From positions 27,714,001 to 27,778,000 of the forward strand of contig CM119378.1 in the NCBI GenBank assembly GCA_051294905.1: a DNA stretch of 64,000 nucleotides, written 5' to 3'. Both the position numbers and the translations under genes were made by a program. A model generated the notes under the pieces. The model ran no database searches. It was not told the DNA's origin and worked only from the letters and a program-made list of their open reading frames with translations. Source of the DNA: Botryllus schlosseri (Eukaryota). Shown here piece after piece: positions 13,101 through 22,100 of this stretch. The number at the start of each line of letters is the position of its first letter. Position 1 is the stretch's first letter.

Positions 13101-16100
13101 TTTGCGCACATGGCCTGTCGATGAATTAGCGAGGATTGCTGCGCGTGTTCAGCAATCAATGAACGACCTAATTTCGCTCGCGTGCAAACGCAAACCAACT
13201 CAGGAGATTGAGTGGCTGTGCAGACGACTCTCATTAATTGACATCACGCTTTTTGCTAATTGGTAGCGCGTTACACTGATAATACGAATCACTGGGCACG
13301 ATGGCTGAAAGTGATGCGCGATTGGAAACAAACATGAAGAAAGGTGTGATTTCGAGTTTTTTATCGAGGGAGATTTTTTTCAAGCGTGTTGTTCCCATGC
13401 AAAAAATCGTGAAACTTTTGCGGATTATACATGGAAAATTACGGTTTTCCTTCACCATCAGTATTTTGTGTTCAGGGGTTAATCGCGCCTATCCTTTCAC
13501 CAATACTGACGACGAGAAGATAATGGAAGAGTTGAATATACTTTATAAGACGATTCATGTTTCCAGTTTCGGGACTTCCGTGCAAGCAATGATGTTGCTT
13601 TTTCAGGTTTGTCGTTCAGTCACGTATTTCCTGTTTCTGGGTTGTGCTTGACTTATACAAACTACCAATCTGGTTAGCAGGGTTGTATTGACTCGAGTCG
13701 CGATTTTTTGGTGACTCGACTTGACTCGAGTCAATTTTTCGAATGCAAGTCAACTTTTGTATTGAGTCGGCTTGTACATGAGTCATCGTGCGTGACTCCA
13801 ACCATGTCATATGACTCGGGACAAGGACGGCCAGGACGGACATTTCATGTATCTTTGATTGATAGTAGGGTGGAGTGGAAGATGGAAAATTTTGAATTTC
13901 AAAACAGACACTTGATATGTGGTGCCAAATATCGAAAATATAATTTCTGTAATCATTTGGGCTCGTGCACCCTCTAGTGGTCGTGCAATTTCGCCGAACT
14001 AGCCAAAAATAGCTGATTTTGCCATATCTCGATGAACGCTTACGCTAGAAAGCTGATTTTGGGCTTAAAAGATGCGGAAGCAACAAGTTTCTATCTCACT
14101 TCCACTCTGTTTTAGGCTGATCCATAATTGTGATTCGTCTCACAAAATTGCAGTTTTGACACGTCTTGAAATTGCTACTTCTACTTCTCTTCAACTCCGC
14201 CACTCTTCATGCTCAAATTTTGAAAGTTTGTTCCGTGTCGCTTGAAATAGCCTATAAAACGTTGAAAATCCATCAGACAGCTATTTTCTACCTTCTGCAA
14301 ATTTTACAAAATTCTTATAGCCTGACTATCGAAGTGAAATCGAAGTAGCAACCTACTTGAGTGTTAGTGAAAGTTGCTTTGCCCTTTTATTGAATGGTCG
14401 TAACGTACGAGGTACTTCCTTTGCAGGTATTGTCGTCCCGGAATGAGCTGAACGACAGATTCTACAACGCGTTGTACAGCACGTTACTGCATCCGGAATT
14501 AGCGCTCTGCACTCATCGACATCCCATGTATCTCAATCTTGTGTTCAGGTGCTACTTTCATAGCTTCGTTTCTTTTAATCAGTAATGTATGCGTGTTAGG
14601 GATGTTCCTAAAATACTTTTGTTAGTTCTGTAATTAATAATTGAAGAATATCTCAACGTATATGATATTTCTTCGAGTGCAAAATTTTATACTCCAATAA
14701 CTTCGCTTCTATGGCGTGGAATTGAGTCAAATTTGTTATCCATCGTTTTTATTTTGGACAACTTAACAATAACAACAACAACAACTTAACAATGGACAAC
14801 TTTAACAATAAATTTCAAAAAATAATTTAGTTTTATATCATAAATTTTAAATTCTTCTCCTCCAATAGCTTCTGCAGGTCGGAATCAAGCCAAATTTGAT
14901 TTGTCGCATTGTTTTTGCCATCTTGACAATTTTATCAACCGGCTATAGAAATTTTTAAAAAAGGTATTTTTTGGAAACTTTAATGCATATATTATACAAA
15001 ATTTTTCTCATCTCCGGGGCACCACAAGATATCGAATATTTGGAAAAGCTGAAAATATTCGTTCCGCTCTCGACAGGTCTTTGAAAGCGGACCCTTCCGA
15101 ATCCCGAGTGAAAGCGTTTCTGAAACGTCTCGTGCAGAGTTGCACGTTGCAGCTGCCGGCGTACGTGAGCGCCGTTCTCGTTCTCATCACGGAACTCGTC
15201 AGGATTCGTCCGAATCTCAAGTTCTTTCTTAGCGGTACCAAGAAAGGCGGCGTGCAAGGTTTGAGTGTGAATTTGTGTTTAAAGTGAGCATGAGCAATGA
15301 GCATTAGGGTTCTGCAAAAATGACTTTTTTTCTCGAATTGTACTGGCTACTTGATAAAATTGTTAGGTTACCGAATTTAGGCCTACACACAGAATTTGGT
15401 TCGATTCCAACCAGTAGCCGCATTGCTACGGGAGAAGAAAATTTCTATTTATTGTATAAAAATAAATACCAAAAAATCTGAAAATGTTCTGTTCACCCCG
15501 AGAAAGTGTTACGTTGTCTATAGAAACGATGTTCACCAAATTTGGTTCAATTTCAAACAGTAGCAGCGGAGTTATTGCCATCAAAAAATTTGGATTATGA
15601 ATAAAATAGTATTTACGGTGACCAATTCTTTAATTATTTATTATAGTGGTGCCCACTGCCCACCGTGAATACTATTTTATTCAAATTCAAATTTTTCGAC
15701 GGCAATAACTCCGCTTCTACTGGTTGGAATTGAACCAAATTTGGTGAACATCGTTTCTATAGACAACCTCACACTTTCATGGGGTGAGCAAAAAATTTTC
15801 AAATTTTTTGGTATTTATTTTTATATAATAAATAGAAATTTTCTTCTCCCGTAGCAATGCGGATACTGGTTGGAATTGAACCAAATTTAGTGTGTAGGCT
15901 TAAATTAGGTAACCTAACAATTTTTGAAGAGCCCTAATGAGCATGTATGATGTAAAGTGATTGTAATTTGCTAGAGTTTTCAAAAACGACATCTGTTTGT
16001 GACGTCTCACTTTAGTGAGTCGCGAACATTCGTCGCGCAGTTTTGCAGGCTGTTGAAGAACTAGAAAATTTGTAATTAGATTAGAATTGCTAAATTCGTG

Positions 16101-19100
16101 AGACTTGGAGAATTATTAAATTCTGAATTCTCAAGAATCAATACAATAGACATAAGTTCAGTTCAGGCTCGCATTCATAATGTCGTGATTTTCCTCAAGA
16201 CTGAACAGCTGCTGGCCCTATTTTCCTAGTACCAGAACTGATAGACGAAATACCAATCGTGTGGTGACTTTACTATTCTTGGAAGTTACAACGAAATGTC
16301 TGTCGTCCTAGTCTCGAGTCATACGACTTGATTTGAGTCACGCACGAATTTGAAAAAATGACTCGAGTCTAGTCGCCAAAAAATCGCGACTCAAGCCGAG
16401 TGTTCACTCGAGTCATTGCAACCGTGCATTTCACTCTAAATCAGTCTAATCACGTAGCTAGAATGATGTGTCAAAGTATGGTCCTGGCTAGAGCCTACAT
16501 CTTGAAGTAGAGAAATTCTAGTATCACTATGATACAGACAACATGCTGTGTGCAGAGTGGGTTTGGGTGGTGTGTTGATGTATTGAGTTTTTTTAACTTG
16601 GGCGCGGCGTCTTGATTGGTTGGCCCTCAATTAAGGTGTATCTGTGCCGCTTGCGTTGTGAGATGCCAGATTTTTGATAACGACCGTCTTCTGTAGATGA
16701 CAGTGACGAAGAGCACTTTGTTGATCTTGATGAAGATGGAGGCGTTGAAAAGACGGAACCGAATTCTAACAACAATCCAGGTGAGACGTTTTTATCAATA
16801 TGCTCCTCATGCCCGTAAGTACGACTTTTTATGTAACCTCAAAGGATATGTTGCAAGTTCTACATCACATTAAAGTTGTATATTTTTCGACCATACCTAT
16901 TTCATTGCACTTTACGACATTGCCGTGGGTTGATCACGACTTCACAGATAGGCAAACTAAAACTACCTCTGCTAAGTGAGCCGCGAGTTTTCCATTATGC
17001 CACTAGCTGAGAAAGAAAATCATTGTATCAATTGGACGAAATAAATTCATATTGAAATGGCCCTATCAATATTTTAGGCTGACACTCGTCATATTTTGTG
17101 ATGCGATTGTTGATATACAATGTTTTTTAGAATTCTCTGCTAGTTGCAGACGATTACTAGGGTGGAGTGAAAAATGGAAAATTTTGAATTTCACACTTGA
17201 TATCAAAAAAATGATTTCAATATTAATTTTGGGCTCCTCTAGTGGTCGTGCAATTTCACCGAACCACTCAAAAATAGCTATATCTGCTATATATTGATAA
17301 CCGCTTGCAGTAGAAAGTTGATTTTGGGCTTAAAAGATGCAGCAGAAACGAGTTTCTATCTCCCTTCCACAGAACTTTGTCTTAAAAACAAAGAGAAAAA
17401 ACGTTACAAGCAAATTATTGATTGTTAGTCCGTTTTTAGGTAAAATTAGGCACTGAAGCAGTGGGTAGGATGCCAAAAGAGTGTAGCGATTGATCTTATG
17501 ACTGACAACTCCATATTGAAAGCACATAAATCGCAAATCCATATTGAAAACACAAATACATCGATTCTATGTTGAAAAAAGAAATATTCCCAAGATGGTT
17601 TCACTACCAGAGTATTAGTCTGCACAAACTTTGAAATCTTGACTCGTATTAAACGGTTTCATCTGCTTTTGAGGCTTCAGTTTTGTGTGACGAGACAATC
17701 TCTACGCTTAAATCCCGACACATGGGCGGACGCTTCGGTCACCACTCTCGCGCGTCTTTCCACTGGTTGTGGCAAGGGTGATTGAGCCGTAACGGTGACG
17801 ACCTTAGATTTTCCTGCTCGAGATGTGACAAGTTTTTGATTTGTGAAATTGCGTGACCACTAGAGGGTGCACGAGTCCAAAATTGTGATAGGAATTATTT
17901 TTTGATATTTGGCACCGCATATCAAGTGTCTCTTTGAAATTCAAAATTTTTTATTTTTCACTCCACCCTAACGATTACCCCTGACGAGTGTCAGCTGAAA
18001 ATATTCGGGTTTATTTGATATCAACGTATTATTCAATTGTATATTGAAGTGCTGTACATCATAGAGTTTCATCTACCGTAATTTTCCATGTATAATCCGC
18101 AAAATTTTCACGATTTTTTGCCCTAAAATGGGGGGGGTGCGTATTATACATGGGAACAACACGCTTGCAAAAAATCTCCCTCGATAAAAAACTTGAAATC
18201 ACACCTTTCTTTATGTTTGTTTCCAATCGCAGCCATCGTGCCCAGTAATTCGTATTATCAGTGTTAACGCGCCACCAATTAGCAAAAAGCGTGTTGCCAA
18301 TTAACGAGAGTCGTCTGCACAGCACGCAATCTCCTGCTGAGTTGGTTGACCGTTTGCATGCAAGCGAAATTAGGTAATTCATTGATTGCTGAAAGCGCAC
18401 GCGGCAATCCTCGCTAATTCATCGACAGGCCAGGTGCGCAAAAGATAATCGCATCTGACCTCGTGCGCAAGATGTCGCGTCGCCGGCCTCGCAGGCTTTG
18501 GCTGCTCTCTACTATCGTTTAGAGACAATGCCGTTAATTGCATAATGATTAGCGATGGTTGCGTCATGATTGTTCGACAGTGACATCGCAAAACAGAACA
18601 CCATCGTGTACTAAAACACAGCTATTCATGTACTGCGAATGCAGGGTTCGTACTATACATGGGTACTGGCTTTTTCCCAGAATTCGCATGCCATTTTAAG
18701 GGTGCGTATTATACATGGGGGCGTACTATACTTGGAAAATTATGGTATTTGTTTACAATTTGAAAAGGAACATTGACACTGTTTCATTCCAGCTCCTTCT
18801 CAAACCTCGTGGAAGCACATCAGTCTGAAATCGGGCGCGACCCGCACAACCACCTACGACGCAATGCATCGGACCCCGGCGTACTCGAGCGCCGACACTT
18901 CCTCCTTGTGGGAAATAGCTCGAATCCAGAGGCACTATCATCCGGCCGTGGCCAAATTTGCAGAGCAACTGATGGACTCGCATATGCCAGACTCTTATCC
19001 GGGGGACCCGCTCGCGGATTTTACGCTCATGAGGTTATTTCTGTCTTTCAGAATGGGACAGATAGAAAATGTTTAGCTTTGCCAAATGAGATTAGAATTA

Positions 19101-22100
19101 GAATGACTGAATTCTGTACCCAAAGATGCAACAACATTTTTTTTTTAGAATTTCTCTGTCAACCCCCTGTAATTGTTACGCATTCTTCAAAGATGATGCA
19201 AAACAAATTTGACTGAATTCCAACCTGTAGAAGCGGAGTTATTTGAGTTCTTCAATGATAATTCTTTGAAGACTGAGCAACAATTTCATTGGGTTGACAG
19301 AAAAATTCTAAAAAAAAATTTTTTTTGCATCTTTGGGTACATTCAGAATTTTCAAACTGTACGAAATCCGCGATTATTGGTTGGAATGAATTAAAATTTG
19401 GTGTGCGTCGTTTTTAAGGCAACCCAACGATTTAATCACGTAGGCAGCAAGATTCAGGAAAAAAAGTTCATTTTGAACAGCCCTACTGTACACGAACTCC
19501 TTTTCTTGGCACAAAATAGAGTGGCATATTCCGATCTGTTCATCTTGATTATTCAAATTTTTGTTATCAGCAATTAGTGATACGGTTGTTGATATAAAAT
19601 GCTCTTTCCAATTCTCTACTAGTTGATGATGATTACCCCTGACGAGTGTCAGCCGAAAATATTCATTTTTATATGAATATATTATTCAATCGTGTATTGA
19701 AGTTCTGTGCATCCAAGAGTCTTTTCATAAATTGAATGTCTCGTAAGTTCAAATCAATTTGATGTACGCCCACGGTGTTGATTTCTTGACCTCTAGTTAC
19801 CTTTTTATGGGATACTAACTAAAGTGAAGAAACATTTAGGGAATAATGTCTTTGGCTAATTCAGAAATTGTAATCTAATTAAGGAAACTCCTTTGTAGCT
19901 ATAACACTGATGCTAATCTAGTTTGGAAAAGCTGAAATTTTTCTTCTTGTCCAACTCTGGACGTTAGTATCACGCTCGACGTGGTCGCGCATTTATTCGG
20001 TTTGAACTCGACAGGTTCCTGGACAAATTTGTGTACCGCAACCCAAAAGCGCGCAGCGAAAAGGAAGCCAAATCCAACAGCGGCGAAAGGGTGTTCAGGA
20101 GAAAAAGAAAACTGCACATGGCCAACCCCACCGATGTGGCCGCGAACACCCCGGAATTTCTACAGAAACAGAACTATGAGCCGGAGGAGGTATTTTTACA
20201 ACGGTGAGCATAACCACAATAATTTATGGTCTGGTTTTGAACAAGTTGTAACTGATCCTTTCTTGAATGCGGTTATCGATGCTACTTCTAAATTGAATTC
20301 AAATCCACGACCGATCTTGACAAACGATATCCGTTGATGAAGGTTGAGATGGCATGCATTCAAATAACCAACATAATGAAGAAGCGCCAAAATGACTGCA
20401 AATTGAAGTACAAGTCTTGCGACGTATCAGCAGAAATTCAGAGTCTCGTGACTCCTAATTACCTAATAATTATTACTGCTGTAGCATCAGTTTTTAGTTT
20501 ATGGTCCGGTGAAATTTCCTGACAAACTTTAGAAACATAAATTAACCCTGAATGTAATTAAAAAAATGTATGCAATTCAAAAATCAAATATTGGAAATGT
20601 GGCGGTGTCTGCGTATAAAGTCCATGAAGTCTTCTCAGCTTTTACATATTGTCGGTTGTCAGATTTGGGTTATTATTGTTTGTCAATCTGTTTTTGTAGA
20701 AGCACAGGCAGCAGAGCGAATTCTGACACTGGTCTTGAACGAATTTTAGGCTATTTTCAGACAGTTTGACGCAACACTTGCGGTGTTTTGACGTAGGATT
20801 AGTCAAAAATAAACCGAAAACAATGGACAAGCGCCCAACTTGTTGCTTGTTGGCAATTGAGATATAAAAAATTGTAATGACTTTGGCGAGACGACCAGAA
20901 AGTTCAAAATGATCGGCGGTTGAGAAACACTGGTTTGAAAGCTTGCAGAGGAGGTCAGTTTGCTTTTATGATCAGACTTTTACAAACTGCTGGATTTCCA
21001 GAATACGCAACTAGAACTTGAACGAACGACTTTTGTAAATCCACAACTAACTAACGCACAACTAACGATGTTCAATAACGAAGCAGCTTGCTAATTTTGA
21101 TTTTCTCGGAAGCGTATCGCTTTGAATGGGAGGGGTTTCGAACCTAAAACCCACCCACTGACTACGCCATTGTTAGAAGTGATAGTTCTGAGCTAGCAAT
21201 GGCTGCAACAACATCACACAACAGAACTCAGGTATCACAATTCACACTAAACTACGACACGTTTGGCAACAAAATTATTTTAATATGTGGATCTAGAACT
21301 AGGACTACCGGCACTACAAAATTCAGTAGTTGATTGTTTGGCGATTAACTGTATAGGTAGTTTGTATGTCCGTTTATGATCCCTGATTGATATTTATATG
21401 TGACTTTCCAGATATTTTGCTTCTAAATCCTCCTCGGCGCCTCCCTCCAAAATGCGTAAAACCGCGGAAGATGACGACGTGGAAGAATTGTCGGACGACG
21501 AGTTTGATAAATTTTTGGATTCGGCGGAAGGTCAAACGGAACTGGAGACGGAATACAAGTTTGCTGAGGGAACCACGTCGTCCAATAAGCACAAGAAGAC
21601 CATAGTGCCCGCGGTGGAAGAGGATGAATACGGTAGTGTGATGGGAATTATAAGTGAAGCCCGACCAATATCGTGTTTTTGAACTGATACCGATAACCAC
21701 GATTAGGGCTCGGCGCCATGATTCAAGTATAATGTGATTCTAATTATTCGTGTCGAGTAGGGGAAGATGAGTTTTTTGCGAGTACTGTAATAGTACGCTT
21801 CTTGACACTAAGTGTAAATATATTTTAATAGTATTTTACCCTATGGTAGCCTTGAAAGCTCAATTGGTCGTAACGCAGTACACGAAACATGTAGACGGGA
21901 TGTAGTACAAAGCAACACGTATGGTTGAAATAATATGCCAAATTATCTTTAATGCGATGTGAAATTGGCGTTGTGTGGTCTTCATAAAAGGTACCTATTC
22001 AAACTTTTCACATCATTACTACATCATACCATTAGTATACTCGGACATGAAATCAAGTAGAAAGGCTGCTTCTGAACGCCTGTGATCTGTAAGAAATAGA

